Shown here piece after piece: positions 18,556 to 28,212 of a stretch of DNA of 64,000 bases. A program made the translations under genes and the position numbers. This DNA comes from a virus (taxonomy: Duplodnaviria; Caudoviricetes). The stretch's first letter is position 1. The number at the start of each line of letters is the position of its first letter. The stretch covers positions 32,001 through 96,000 of IMG/VR virus record IMGVR_UViG_3300017700_000721, one strand, 5' to 3'. The notes beneath the pieces are model-generated. The model worked only from the letters and a program-made list of their open reading frames with translations. It did not search any database and was not told where the DNA came from.

Positions 18556-19503
18556 TCAACGTTTCACCCGTATCGGCGAGTTCAAGATCAGCAGCTGTAG
18601 TCCCACGTCACCAAGTCGTTGAACCAGAGGATCCAGCTTTACTACCCGCTCGGCCATCAGCTTCAAATCCTCGGCGGTGATCATCTTCGCCACTTCCTCT
18701 AGCTCGTTGGCCCTCCAATCTCGGAGATCCATCTCCCTCTTGACCCTAGCCTCGTCGAGGCCCATCAAACGAAGGCTTCTGTAGTGAATGATCTCGGCTA
18801 GGTTCTGGATCAGCTGGTTGTAGATCTGCTGGTAACCCCGTCGCTCGATCATGTCGAAGACGGGCTTGAGATCAGACCTCTTGATCAGAGTCAGTAGGTT
18901 TCCTCGGTCGGCCGTCTCGAGACCCTTTCCGATCTCCTCCTCGGTCCAGCCCATCACCTGGGCTTTGCGGAGGATGGGCTCAAACTCCTCAAACTTGGCC
19001 ACCCCCGACCAGTCCAGTTTCACAAGCTCCCGCAAGGAGTAGTTTAGGCTGACCTTCGCAGGGAGTGCTCCCGCGGTCATCATTCTTGGGGTGTCCACGA
19101 TCACAGACAGGGCCTTGAGCGCGTCCCGCCTTTTACCGTAGGCCCTGCCAAAGCTCTCTGTCTTTAGCAGCCCGTCATCAACCTCGGCTACCACGTATAT
19201 CCCAGGCGGGAGGTCCAGCTTCGATACGAAGGATCCGGCAAAGCCTTCCAGCACAAAGAGCTGGTCGGTGGGTGACATTTCCCGGAACAAGGAGTACTCC
19301 TCGAGTAGTCCTTTCACCCGCTCGACGTAGTTCTTCTTGGCCTCAAAGGCGATGAAGACAGGCTTCACCCGAAGCCTCTTCTTGAGAGCCTGGACCAAGA
19401 GCATGAACTGATACTTCGAGTCGCTCGTCCTCTCTACGGTGAGGATCTGCGGTATCTTCGAGGTTAGGTGCTCTATGTAGTTAAATACGGTTTGGTCAGT
19501 CAC
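18556..19503 (-). CDS. Possible clamp-loader delta (HolA)-like subunit
   Basis: Size, helical collar-like C-terminus, coupled to the delta-prime-like gene; weak. Confidence 0.4.
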   Translation of the reverse strand: MTDQTVFNYIEHLTSKIPQILTVERTSDSKYQFMLLVQALKKRLRVKPVFIAFEAKKNYVERVKGLLEEYSLFREMSPTDQLFVLEGFAGSFVSKLDLPPGIYVVAEVDDGLLKTESFGRAYGKRRDALKALSVIVDTPRMMTAGALPAKVSLNYSLRELVKLDWSGVAKFEEFEPILRKAQVMGWTEEEIGKGLETADRGNLLTLIKRSDLKPVFDMIERRGYQQIYNQLIQNLAEIIHYRSLRLMGLDEARVKREMDLRDWRANELEEVAKMITAEDLKLMAERVVKLDPLVQRLGDVGLQLLILNSPIRVKR

Positions 19504-20228
19504 AGCATCCGACCCATCGCTAGGAAGAGGGCAAGTTTCTTCCGTTCATTGCTGGGGTTCCTTCCGAGGAACCGAAGCTCAGCGGCATTCATCTTCTCTC
19601 GGGTAGCAGACTCGAAGGCCAAAGAGTCCAGCACTTCCGGCGCAAAGACAGAGGCAATCCCTCGGAGACCTTTGCTCATCTCACGCTGGATAAGGATCGT
19701 TGTATCCTTCATCCCCAGAGCCTTGATGGTTCCAGCCAGGGTACCATCGTAAAGGTTCAACTCGTCGGCCGTCCGAGCATCGTGGTTCATCGAACGTAGG
19801 TTAGCTAAGACCACGTTCTTCGGCAGGAAAGGTAGCTTCACTACCGATGACCGTGACTTCAAGGTCAGGATCTTCCTCGGCACTGATTGAGCCTGGAAGA
19901 TAAAGCGGGAGAACTTCGCGTCCTCGACCGCTTTCAAAAGCGGACCCACGCTGTCCTGAGGCAATTTCTGGAGACCATAGATGAAGAAGTGCTGTAGGTC
20001 CGAGCCGCCTCGCCCTGCTGTTCTCGCCTCGGTCTCTATCTGCCGGGCCTTGTCCTTCGTGATGCCCTCAGCGTCGTAAAAGATGATGTCCTCGCTCACG
20101 GCGATACGAGCGAGGGCTCCTTGCAGGAGCATCCCCAGACCCAGGTTGTCCGGAGCTTGGACAAAGTAATTCAACCGCCCTGGTCGGCCAATCAACTTCA
20201 GGAACTCTTGGATCTTTATTGGATGCAC
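19500..20228 (-). CDS. Clamp-loader delta-prime (HolB)-like subunit, degenerate ATPase
   Basis: ITKDKAR, PLLKAVED (cf. ALLKTLEE), KILTLKSRS (cf. LPTIRSRC); no Walker A. Confidence 0.65.
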   Translation of the reverse strand: MHPIKIQEFLKLIGRPGRLNYFVQAPDNLGLGMLLQGALARIAVSEDIIFYDAEGITKDKARQIETEARTAGRGGSDLQHFFIYGLQKLPQDSVGPLLKAVEDAKFSRFIFQAQSVPRKILTLKSRSSVVKLPFLPKNVVLANLRSMNHDARTADELNLYDGTLAGTIKALGMKDTTILIQREMSKGLRGIASVFAPEVLDSLAFESATREKMNAAELRFLGRNPSNERKKLALFLAMGRML

Positions 20229-20260
20229 TCCGCTACAGGAGCGTTGATACCACCTAGACC

Positions 20261-20572
20261 CTAGTCCAGAAGGGTTGCCGCGAATGGCGACGGGTCGCTG
20301 TTTCCTACCAGGAGACCCAAAAGGCTGGCCTGATTGGCGTCGAGCTTCCCGAGGTTAGGGTTCAAGAGCACTTGAAGCTGCTCCGAGGAGCGTACAGCAT
20401 CAGGATACGGAGCATCCGGGAGTTCAGCCACCATCTGGTCGATGGAGTCACCCAAGATGGTGAAACCATCGCTCACGAGCACAGCCTTGCAACGTCGCTG
20501 GGCTGTGCAGTTCTTGCAGGCTGCAAGAGACTCGCCGCCGAAGAAACCAAAGCAGCTTTCCTTGGTCGTCAT
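20261..20572 (-). CDS. Small Cys-rich metal-binding protein
   Basis: CFG-x9-CKNC-x5-C. Confidence 0.55.
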   Translation of the reverse strand: MTTKESCFGFFGGESLAACKNCTAQRRCKAVLVSDGFTILGDSIDQMVAELPDAPYPDAVRSSEQLQVLLNPNLGKLDANQASLLGLLVGNSDPSPFAATLLD

Positions 20573-22293
20573 TTCGCAATTTCCTTCAGCATCTCGAGGA
20601 TGGCGTTTGGCAGTTCATGGACTCCATCCACATACCGATGAGTATCACAGACCTCCTTCGTCCGCCGATGGGAGCCACCAATGTTCATGCTGATGACTTC
20701 GATCTTGTGCCTCTTGCACCGCTTGTAGATGTTCTTCATCAGCAGGAATTCATTGTGCTCCCTGTTCCCGATGGTCAATTCAGGAGCTCCGTCGGTCACA
20801 ATCCAAAGGATCCGGCGAGGCTCTTTACGAACGATAAGGCGATCGAGGCCTTGAGCATAGGCATCCCCGAGTGGGGTCAAGCCCGACGTCTCCATCGACC
20901 CCAGACGTCCGCAAGAGGAGGCATAGCTCTCCCCAAAGTCCTTGAACAGCGGGAAGTAGAGATTACTCATACGACCACCACCGTTGTTCGGATAGGACTC
21001 AGAGCCCGTTGTGAACCCAGCGATCGAGGTCTTGATGGAAGGCACTCCGTTCAAAGCCTCAGCCAGCATGATCCCAGCCAATCGGATAGCTGATGGGGAC
21101 ATGCTCCCGCTCAAGTCGATTAGAACCTGAACCGCTGTGTCTATCATCGTCCGAGTCCGCTTCTCCTTGAAGATGTCGGTGTTCCCAACATGCAAGCGAG
21201 ACAGCTGCTCGGTGTCCAGAGTACCTTCCTGTAGGCCACGCTCCCAGGCTTTTTTGCTCCTGGTCTGGAGATAGATTTGGAGCATACGCTTCACCGAGGT
21301 GACCTCGGTCTGGACAGACGCCCGGATCATCTGGAATTGAGCCAGGTCAGGCTCAATCGGCTCGAAAAGCTTATCCTTATCCATCCCACAGGGAGGAAGG
21401 ACGTGGTTACCATCCCACATATCCTCACCCACGTTATGACCGTCGATCTGGAGGTCGTTATCCGCTGCGATCGCCTGCAGGGTCATCCCTACGGTTTTCG
21501 CTCGGTCATTCTCCTCCAGGAAGATCAAGATGGCATTGTTCAACGCTTCAATCATCTCAGGTGTCATGGGACGGGCTTGACCCATTCCGCCACCGCCCAC
21601 AAAGATGATCAGCGGCAACTCACCGTTGGGACCCAGCGGGAAATCTCCCAGATCGGCGCCGTAGTTGACGTCCTTCGGAAGGAGCTCGTAGATCCGCCGA
21701 GCGAGAACCAAAGAGTGGCGGCTAGAGGTCAGCCCTTTGATCTTCGTCAATTCCTGCCTGAGCTCCTCGAACTCCGGGAAATCAGCCAGGTTTCGCTTCT
21801 CCTCAAAGAGGACGTCAGCGTTACGGTGGACTCCGTAGCACTCCTTATAAAGGAGGTTGAATGCAAGGTTAGCCACAGTCTCGGGCTTCGGGTTCTTCTC
21901 TTCCTCGTCAGCTGCTCGCTTGTCGTATTCAAGCTGCTGGGTGCAGGCATCCAGATAGATCTTGGTTGTCGGGAAATCCCTGATGGACAGGTTCTCGATC
22001 CTGATGTCCTCGACCAGGTTCCACAGCCCACGAATGGCCGGGTTCAAGGTCTTGTCCTTGCTCAGGTCCGGCATCCACTCGGTGTACTTCAGATGGCCAA
22101 TCTCGTGATCGAGGTAGCCGTTGTAAACGTCCACCTGCCAATTAGACAGGACGGTCCCAGGCGGAAGTGCTGGGAGGTTTATGTGACGCCCAGACACGAA
22201 GGCCGTCGTTCCGCCGAAGGTTACGTAGGTCCCCCGCCCGGATCGGGCCCTGGCATATTGCTGGGCAAAGTGAGTGAACGACTGGTGTCTCAT
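20569..22293 (-). CDS. CobT-like vWA domain protein with N-terminal HExxH
   Basis: DHEIGH, NLVEDIRIE, MIDAS DLSGSM, TP, VTDG; start at the ATGA overlap with the AAA+ gene. Confidence 0.85.
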   Translation of the reverse strand: MRHQSFTHFAQQYARARSGRGTYVTFGGTTAFVSGRHINLPALPPGTVLSNWQVDVYNGYLDHEIGHLKYTEWMPDLSKDKTLNPAIRGLWNLVEDIRIENLSIRDFPTTKIYLDACTQQLEYDKRAADEEEKNPKPETVANLAFNLLYKECYGVHRNADVLFEEKRNLADFPEFEELRQELTKIKGLTSSRHSLVLARRIYELLPKDVNYGADLGDFPLGPNGELPLIIFVGGGGMGQARPMTPEMIEALNNAILIFLEENDRAKTVGMTLQAIAADNDLQIDGHNVGEDMWDGNHVLPPCGMDKDKLFEPIEPDLAQFQMIRASVQTEVTSVKRMLQIYLQTRSKKAWERGLQEGTLDTEQLSRLHVGNTDIFKEKRTRTMIDTAVQVLIDLSGSMSPSAIRLAGIMLAEALNGVPSIKTSIAGFTTGSESYPNNGGGRMSNLYFPLFKDFGESYASSCGRLGSMETSGLTPLGDAYAQGLDRLIVRKEPRRILWIVTDGAPELTIGNREHNEFLLMKNIYKRCKRHKIEVISMNIGGSHRRTKEVCDTHRYVDGVHELPNAILEMLKEIAK

Positions 22294-23447
22294 TTGCCCT
22301 TCGCCACCAAACCGTGGTTCTCGAGGATCTTCTTCGCAACGGCGCTGTTGTCGCGACCCATCCAGTTGAGGATGGCGCAACGGATAGCTTCCTCGCGGCC
22401 GAGTACTGGTTCCATGTCAAACACGTCGATCAGCTTGCGCGTCGAGATGGTGACAGGCAAGACACCGTCGCTGAACGACTTGCGGATCTCCATCGCGGCT
22501 TCCACAAACTTCTGGACCACCGCAGGATCACTGTCTGGAAACCGGGCTTTAAGCATGGCGATCTCCTTGTCCTTCGCCAGGTAGCCCACCGTCAGCTTGA
22601 TCGGGAAGCGGTCGAGCAGCGCGGTGTTCATCACCTCGGTGCCGGTGTACATTCCGCTGTCGTCACCTTTGCCACCCGTGTTGCCAGTCCCTACGACGGT
22701 GAACCCAGGCGAGGCTACAATCGTTTCGCCCGTCTCGGGGAGGTAAAGGGTACGCTTCTTCTCCAGAACGGGGTTCAAGACAGCCGCGATGCTGGCCGGG
22801 GTGTAGTCCATCTCGTCAATCAGCAGCGTGATCCCAAGCTTCATGGCAGTCGGAAGGGCGCCGTACATGAAGTAGGTTCCCTTCGACGGATCTGCGCGCA
22901 TCGATCCGATGAAGTTGCCCACGGTCACGTCGCCGTTCATGTTCACCCGCTTGAGCGGTCGGCCCAGCTGAGCATGGATCTGCTCGACACCGTCGGTCTT
23001 ACCGCAGCCAGTCGGACCTTCGATATAGACGTTCGATCCCTTCACGAGGCCGAAGGCAACGGCCTTCACGACGGCCGGCACGAAGACAAACTCGTTGTTG
23101 ATCGTCGGCACCATCCCCGCAATGGACGGGTCGACAGTGACCGGAAACTGCTTCTTCAGGTCAGTGAAGAGATCAGACGCAACTTCGGCTTGGAAGGCCT
23201 TCAGGAACGGCTCGAGGTCGTCGGAAGACTTGCTCTTCCGACCCACCATCCGGAGCAGCTCGGCCGTGATCGGCGACACAAGCGAAGCAGCTTGACCGAA
23301 CTCGTTCTTGTACTGGCCTGCACTCTTGCCGTGCTTATCTTGAAGATGCTTCACGAGCGAATGAGCCTGAAACCCACAGTATTTGCAGGATGGGCACGAG
23401 GCTGCCACTCGATCCCTGAATTCAGCTACTGTCAAAGTCCCGGCCAT
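22290..23447 (-). CDS. CobS/MoxR-like AAA+ ATPase with N-terminal C2H2 finger
   Basis: GPTGCGKT, LLIDEMD, TGNT, ALLDRF, STR; CKYC-x9-H-x4-H at the N-terminus. Confidence 0.9.
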   Translation of the reverse strand: MAGTLTVAEFRDRVAASCPSCKYCGFQAHSLVKHLQDKHGKSAGQYKNEFGQAASLVSPITAELLRMVGRKSKSSDDLEPFLKAFQAEVASDLFTDLKKQFPVTVDPSIAGMVPTINNEFVFVPAVVKAVAFGLVKGSNVYIEGPTGCGKTDGVEQIHAQLGRPLKRVNMNGDVTVGNFIGSMRADPSKGTYFMYGALPTAMKLGITLLIDEMDYTPASIAAVLNPVLEKKRTLYLPETGETIVASPGFTVVGTGNTGGKGDDSGMYTGTEVMNTALLDRFPIKLTVGYLAKDKEIAMLKARFPDSDPAVVQKFVEAAMEIRKSFSDGVLPVTISTRKLIDVFDMEPVLGREEAIRCAILNWMGRDNSAVAKKILENHGLVAKGK

Positions 23448-23471
23448 CAATCACTCCTTGAGAAGTGGTGT

Positions 23472-23500
23472 ATTATACCACGTCCCAATGGCGATGTCAA
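23472..23500 (-). promoter_or_regulatory. Consensus sigma70 promoter for the AAA+/vWA genes
   Basis: TTGACA-17 bp-TATAAT with extended TG. Confidence 0.85.
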
Positions 23501-24339
23501 GCACTCGCTTTTTGCTTCTCCAAGGGCTGTCCTAGCACCTTCCTCACGTAGCTGTTGTCCAGCTGCTGCACCTGTAGGGAGCGCCGCTCGAGGATCATGG
23601 GAAACTCAGCCCAATCCTTGATGAAAGGAGGGTGGTTCATCTCGGGACGTGCCTCGAAAGCCGTGTTGTGGCGATCCAGATGAGAGCCCAGACCCACTTC
23701 CTTGTCCGGGACGTTCAGGTGAATAAGACTGGTTAGGTCCCTATATTCGTCGATGAAGTCCTTACGGATCTTCTCGTCCCAGAGGTCCACGCCACGAGCA
23801 TACATGTGGGTCGTATCTACGCACATCCGCACGGTGACTGACTGAACAGCGCGGGCGACTTCGGCAATGAACTCAGGGCTCCCGATCGCCGATCCGTTCT
23901 TGCTCCCGCTGTCAGTCTCCAGAAGAAAGTCTACGTCCCACTTCTCGTCCCAGACATCGTTCAGGAAATCAACGATGTTCTTGAAGGCTTCCGGCTCGGA
24001 GAGCTCCTTCTTGAAGCCAGGGTGTAGGACCACCCGCCTGGCGCCTAGTGCTTCCGCTGTGGCAATCTGCTCCTTGAAGTGGCGCTTGTAAAAGCCACGG
24101 CGCTGCTTCATTCCTTCGCAAGGGTTGATTACATACGGAAGATGGAGCGTCACGGCCATCTCATACGACATCTTCCGGAAAGTGGCGGCCACTTCGTCGG
24201 TGATCTCCCACGGAGCGTAGTCGCGCCCTTTCCCATTCATCAGCTGGATCTCGTTGTAGCAAAGGCCGCGGGCCGTTGCTATGGCGTAGGACAGCCCTTC
24301 ATCGGCTCCCAGGTGACCGCCTAGTTTGAGGTGGCTCAT
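23497..24339 (-). CDS. Endonuclease IV (AP endonuclease family 2)
   Basis: HLPYVIN, VLHPG, LLET, CVDTTH, IHLN, DRH, ILE metal-ligand motifs. Confidence 0.85.
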   Translation of the reverse strand: MSHLKLGGHLGADEGLSYAIATARGLCYNEIQLMNGKGRDYAPWEITDEVAATFRKMSYEMAVTLHLPYVINPCEGMKQRRGFYKRHFKEQIATAEALGARRVVLHPGFKKELSEPEAFKNIVDFLNDVWDEKWDVDFLLETDSGSKNGSAIGSPEFIAEVARAVQSVTVRMCVDTTHMYARGVDLWDEKIRKDFIDEYRDLTSLIHLNVPDKEVGLGSHLDRHNTAFEARPEMNHPPFIKDWAEFPMILERRSLQVQQLDNSYVRKVLGQPLEKQKASA

Positions 24340-24353
24340 GAATACTCCTTGTC

Positions 24354-26597
24354 TCAGGCTGCCAGCAGCATCTTGTCATACTCGCCCGCTGCGAGCTTGG
24401 CCAGGTCAATCTCCTTTTGGAGGCCCCAGACATCGCCCACCTTCGGGGCGACAGTGAGTTGAACCTGCCAGGTCTTGACCTCGAACTCCATGGCCTTCTT
24501 GATGATCGGAGCTACTTCCTGAACCAGCTCGTTCCGCACGAGGAACGCAAGCTCGTCATGGATCTGCATGGCGAAGGCCACGTCACGCCATTTGTAGCCG
24601 TGAAGCTTGAGAGCCTTGTCCACCTTCACCATCGCAATGCGCGTCACCTCAGCGGCGGTTCCCTGAATAGCGGTGTTCACCGCGGACCGATTGGCGAAAG
24701 CATGGATCTTCGGGTCGGGGTTATCATAGAACGACTTCAGGCTCCGCTTCCGACCGAAGAATGTGGTTGTGTAGCCGTTCTTCCTGGCAAAAACATGGAC
24801 CTTACCCATCCATCCGAATAGAACAGGGTGACCACGGACAAACCCGTCGTAGACCTGCTCGGCCGCGGCTCTGGGAATGTCAGCCTTAATAGCCAGAGTG
24901 TAGGCCGTTGCCCCGTAGAATGTTGCAAAGTTGAGCACCTTGCCCACGTCGCGCTTTCTCTTCTTCTCTTCCTTCGACAAGGCGTGGAATGTGTCAATCG
25001 GAATGCCATAAGCAGCGGCTGCCGTGAGAGAGTGGAGGTCATCTCCCTTGGCCAGAGCTCTGAGCCACCTAGGCTCGCCCGACATATTGGCACCAATGAC
25101 CAATTCCTGGCGGTCGTAGTCGAAGGAGAGTAGTTTGTAGCCCTTCGGAGCACGGAAGGCTTGGCGCACTGATGGGATCATCAGCACGCCCTTCTGTACT
25201 CGTCGCGTGGTGTCAATGTTGACTGACTCACACTGAGCTGGGCAGCCTACACACGTCTCGCGGATGCAAACAATAGGCTCGCGGCCTTCTTCGTCCTCAT
25301 CACCCTCTCTAGGGATGACATAAGGAAGGCTACGAACAACAGTCTGCCAATCAGCAGGAGCTTGAGGCGCTTCGCCAGGCTCTAGCCCTGCTCTCAGATC
25401 GATGAGGATGTCCGAGTCGTCAACCTGCGATATGTAATCGGCAGAGTCAGGCGTACCCTTCAAATCTACGGCCATCACTTCGCGAGCTTCGCCGTTAGAG
25501 ACGGCCTGAATGTTCACTCCTGTGGCGCCGTCGACGTCCGGATCACCGCCTGGGGCAGAGAACCTGAAAGTCGGAGCTGCAAAGGTGTTGAAGTTGAACC
25601 TAGGTTTGATCTCTCGATCGGAGAGTGCCTGTAGCTTATTGAAGTAGGAACTACGGGCCTTCACAATCTTCTTGTAAGCGATGATCGTCTCTACGATCGG
25701 ATTGGCTCGGGCGAGCTTCTCCAGCGCCTCTTCCTTGGTAACGTGGATTGGGTTCTTGCCCTTGGTCTTGCCTGGCGAAGGCAAGCCGCCCCGCTCGAAC
25801 AGAGCGTCGCCGAGCTGCTTAGGGCTGTTGATCTCGAAGGTGTAGCCGATCACCCGGAATATCTGCTCCCGCATGGTAGCAGCCCGGGTCTCAAGCATCG
25901 CCATCTGATTATCGATGTACTCCCGGTTGAGTTCCATCCCGCCGTTGTGTTCCATCCGGCGGACAATGTCGATGAGCAGGGTGTCAATCTGCACAGCCAT
26001 CGGGTTCTCAGTCGCAACGTAGGCGTAGTGATCCCACATCTGCATGCCTACGTCGGCGTCAGCACAGGCGTAGTCGGTGCATCGCTCCGGTGATTTGGTG
26101 GTAATATCCAGGCGACCTGCTTTGATCTCCTCGGGGGTGAAGAGGTCCTCGAACTTGGTCATGTCGATGCCCAAGTCTTCATGGGCCACCGTCTTCAGAC
26201 CAATCTTCTTCCGATCAGGGTCAGCTAGGTAGACAAGCTCAAGCGCATCGTTGAACTTGAAGTCAGGTTTCCACTTCAACCCCTTCTTGACCACCTGCAC
26301 CTGCAGGATGTTCAAGTCATACTTGGCGTTGTAGAAGATGGGGGTGTGAGACTCCATCTTCTCTTCCATGAGCTCCCAGACAGGCTCAAACGGTAGGTTC
26401 GCCTCGGGGTTCACTCGATGGTTAAATGGGACATAAAGGGCTGAGCCCTTCGCAAGAGACACTGACATTCCGGCAATGCCTGCGCGGCGAGTGTCAAGAC
26501 TCTTTGCCTCAGTATCCATCCCCATCTGGTTCTTGGGGTGGACTGTGGACAGATATTGCTTCACGTGGTCGAGTGACCTAGCTAACTCGTACGCCAT
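24354..26597 (-). CDS. polA: Family A DNA polymerase with 3'-5' exonuclease (likely replicative)
   Basis: ExoI DTE, ExoII YNAKYD, ExoIII YACAD; motif A FDYDRQE, motif B RDVGKVLNFATFYG, motif C QIHDE. Confidence 0.95.
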   Translation of the reverse strand: MAYELARSLDHVKQYLSTVHPKNQMGMDTEAKSLDTRRAGIAGMSVSLAKGSALYVPFNHRVNPEANLPFEPVWELMEEKMESHTPIFYNAKYDLNILQVQVVKKGLKWKPDFKFNDALELVYLADPDRKKIGLKTVAHEDLGIDMTKFEDLFTPEEIKAGRLDITTKSPERCTDYACADADVGMQMWDHYAYVATENPMAVQIDTLLIDIVRRMEHNGGMELNREYIDNQMAMLETRAATMREQIFRVIGYTFEINSPKQLGDALFERGGLPSPGKTKGKNPIHVTKEEALEKLARANPIVETIIAYKKIVKARSSYFNKLQALSDREIKPRFNFNTFAAPTFRFSAPGGDPDVDGATGVNIQAVSNGEAREVMAVDLKGTPDSADYISQVDDSDILIDLRAGLEPGEAPQAPADWQTVVRSLPYVIPREGDEDEEGREPIVCIRETCVGCPAQCESVNIDTTRRVQKGVLMIPSVRQAFRAPKGYKLLSFDYDRQELVIGANMSGEPRWLRALAKGDDLHSLTAAAAYGIPIDTFHALSKEEKKRKRDVGKVLNFATFYGATAYTLAIKADIPRAAAEQVYDGFVRGHPVLFGWMGKVHVFARKNGYTTTFFGRKRSLKSFYDNPDPKIHAFANRSAVNTAIQGTAAEVTRIAMVKVDKALKLHGYKWRDVAFAMQIHDELAFLVRNELVQEVAPIIKKAMEFEVKTWQVQLTVAPKVGDVWGLQKEIDLAKLAAGEYDKMLLAA

Positions 26598-26625
26598 CCA
26601 TCCGCCTTTGCTTTGACGAACGCTC

Positions 26626-27453
26626 CTAAGCTAGGGTCTGCAGAAGGCCCAGGGAGAGGTGTGCGCTCGGGTCGGAGAGGTGCTTCTTCTTCAAGGTGAT
26701 GCTCGACGTCTGCCAAACACCGGCCTTCAAGAAGCTGATCCCCACTAGGTTCTCCATACCCTTATCATAGCACATGGCCACGATGGTGTCACAGTTGGCA
26801 GCCTTGCCACTGATCTTCCAGAAGAGGGGATCATCCTTCCTCGTCTGGGCCCGATAGCGGTACTGACGCGAGGACTTCACGTTAACCCGACCCAGCACAG
26901 AGTCGTCAAAGTCATAGTCAGCCTGGGAACCCTGCGTCAGGTTCTTGTCCTCGGTGACAAGCGAACCACGAAGCCGAGCGAAGTCGAGCTCAGCGCGGCG
27001 GCCCTTGTTCACGCTGTTGGCTCCCACCGTATAGTCAATGAGATCGGCAATCTCGAGCTCGTACTTCTCCACACACTTCCGAATGAGGGAGTCATTCACG
27101 TCGTGAATGTGAGCGACGAGACGGACTGAACGGTACTTCTCAAACTGCTCGAGCAAGAACTCCTCGGTCCAATCCAGCTCACGGACAGGCTCACCCATGA
27201 AGATGGGTCGAAGAGCAGAGTCGCTACAGCCAATGCTCTCGGCCAGTTTGGCCAGCGAGCCCTTCTTGGCAAGCATCTCCAGCTGTTCTTCCCGAGTCTT
27301 CGACTTAATCCAAGTCAACGGACTCATCAGGCTCTTCGAACGCCAGAGCTCGTCTGTTTGCTTGGGGTCCAGACCCAGGTAGGTTCCCAGCGCCTTCTTT
27401 GATCCCAGCATCAGGACCAGTTTCTGGTATTCGTTGTCCGTCAATGAAAGCAT
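26626..27453 (-). CDS. HTH-containing putative PD-(D/E)XK-type endonuclease
   Basis: HTH SLAKLAESIGCSDSAL; GRRAE...DYD...VNVKSS nuclease-like core. Confidence 0.55.
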   Translation of the reverse strand: MLSLTDNEYQKLVLMLGSKKALGTYLGLDPKQTDELWRSKSLMSPLTWIKSKTREEQLEMLAKKGSLAKLAESIGCSDSALRPIFMGEPVRELDWTEEFLLEQFEKYRSVRLVAHIHDVNDSLIRKCVEKYELEIADLIDYTVGANSVNKGRRAELDFARLRGSLVTEDKNLTQGSQADYDFDDSVLGRVNVKSSRQYRYRAQTRKDDPLFWKISGKAANCDTIVAMCYDKGMENLVGISFLKAGVWQTSSITLKKKHLSDPSAHLSLGLLQTLA

Positions 27454-27955
27454 TCTTCGCCTCTCTAACTCTATTATAACATATTTCGAGTGCTTTGTCA
27501 AGCTTTGATTTATCAGCCTGGCCGCGTTCGTAGGCCAGGAGCACCCGGTCAAAAGTCTCAGCTAGAGTGGCGTGCTCTCTCCTTGGGAGGTGGCGGGCTG
27601 TCTTTAGTACAGCCTCCACCTGGTTGCGCAACTTGGCGACTGTGTGGCGATCTGTTCGGTCATGCTCCTCCCCGAGGTCCACACCAAAGATCTTCTCCAG
27701 ATCCTTGAGTGAGTCCCTCCAAGGGACTCCATCGTTTACGTTCTTCACCTTCGCGTAGAACAGGTGAGGCGGTAGGGTGTAATCACACGAGAAGCAGTGC
27801 GCTAGGCTTGTCGTATGGTAAAAACCCGCAGAGGGGTCTCGGTCATCGTGAATTGGGCAGCAGAATGCAAACCGACCTGACTTCTCCAGGTAACTGATGC
27901 CCAGCAGCTTCAGTATCTGCTCAGGACTTATGAGCGGTTTCTGTTCGTGGTCCAC
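27305..27955 (-). CDS. Stand-alone primase CHC2 zinc-finger protein
   Basis: CPIHDDRDPS...AHCFSC; no TOPRIM domain follows. Confidence 0.85.
   Translation of the reverse strand: MDHEQKPLISPEQILKLLGISYLEKSGRFAFCCPIHDDRDPSAGFYHTTSLAHCFSCDYTLPPHLFYAKVKNVNDGVPWRDSLKDLEKIFGVDLGEEHDRTDRHTVAKLRNQVEAVLKTARHLPRREHATLAETFDRVLLAYERGQADKSKLDKALEICYNRVREAKNAFIDGQRIPETGPDAGIKEGAGNLPGSGPQANRRALAFEEPDESVDLD
27473..27501 (-). promoter_or_regulatory. Consensus sigma70 promoter inside the zinc-finger gene, serving the endonuclease gene and possibly polA
   Basis: TTGACA-17 bp-TATAAT with extended TG, about 20 nt before ATG 27453. Confidence 0.8.
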
Positions 27956-28212
27956 GATCTCACGTTGCTTGGTCTATTCTCGTCAAAGACCCGGTAAGGC
28001 TCACCTTCGGTGATATTCAAATCCGCCTGGGTCTGATTGCCTATTGACTGACCCGACGTGGTGAAACACACCAAATGGCCGGGCGTCGTCTTGTAGGTCC
28101 AGCCGGAGATCTCCTTTGATCGGCGGTTGGCTACCTTCTGTATCTCTGCCAGCAGCTCCTCCCTCGACCCTCGAAAGTAGTTCACTGCAAAGGCCTGGGT
28201 TATCAAACTCAC
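27928..28212 (-). CDS. Hypothetical protein
   Basis: 94-aa ORF coupled to the helicase stop (GTGA overlap). Confidence 0.55.
   Translation of the reverse strand: MSLITQAFAVNYFRGSREELLAEIQKVANRRSKEISGWTYKTTPGHLVCFTTSGQSIGNQTQADLNITEGEPYRVFDENRPSNVRSWTTNRNRS

Noticed and set aside
20569-23447. CobS/CobT-like pair as cobalamin biosynthesis genes
   Set aside because: No CobN or other cob genes; MoxR AAA+/vWA pairs are common chaperone-like modules in large phages
25180-25500. Polymerase insertion as an intein or intron
   Set aside because: No terminal His-Asn, no Hint motifs, frame open, no intron structure seen
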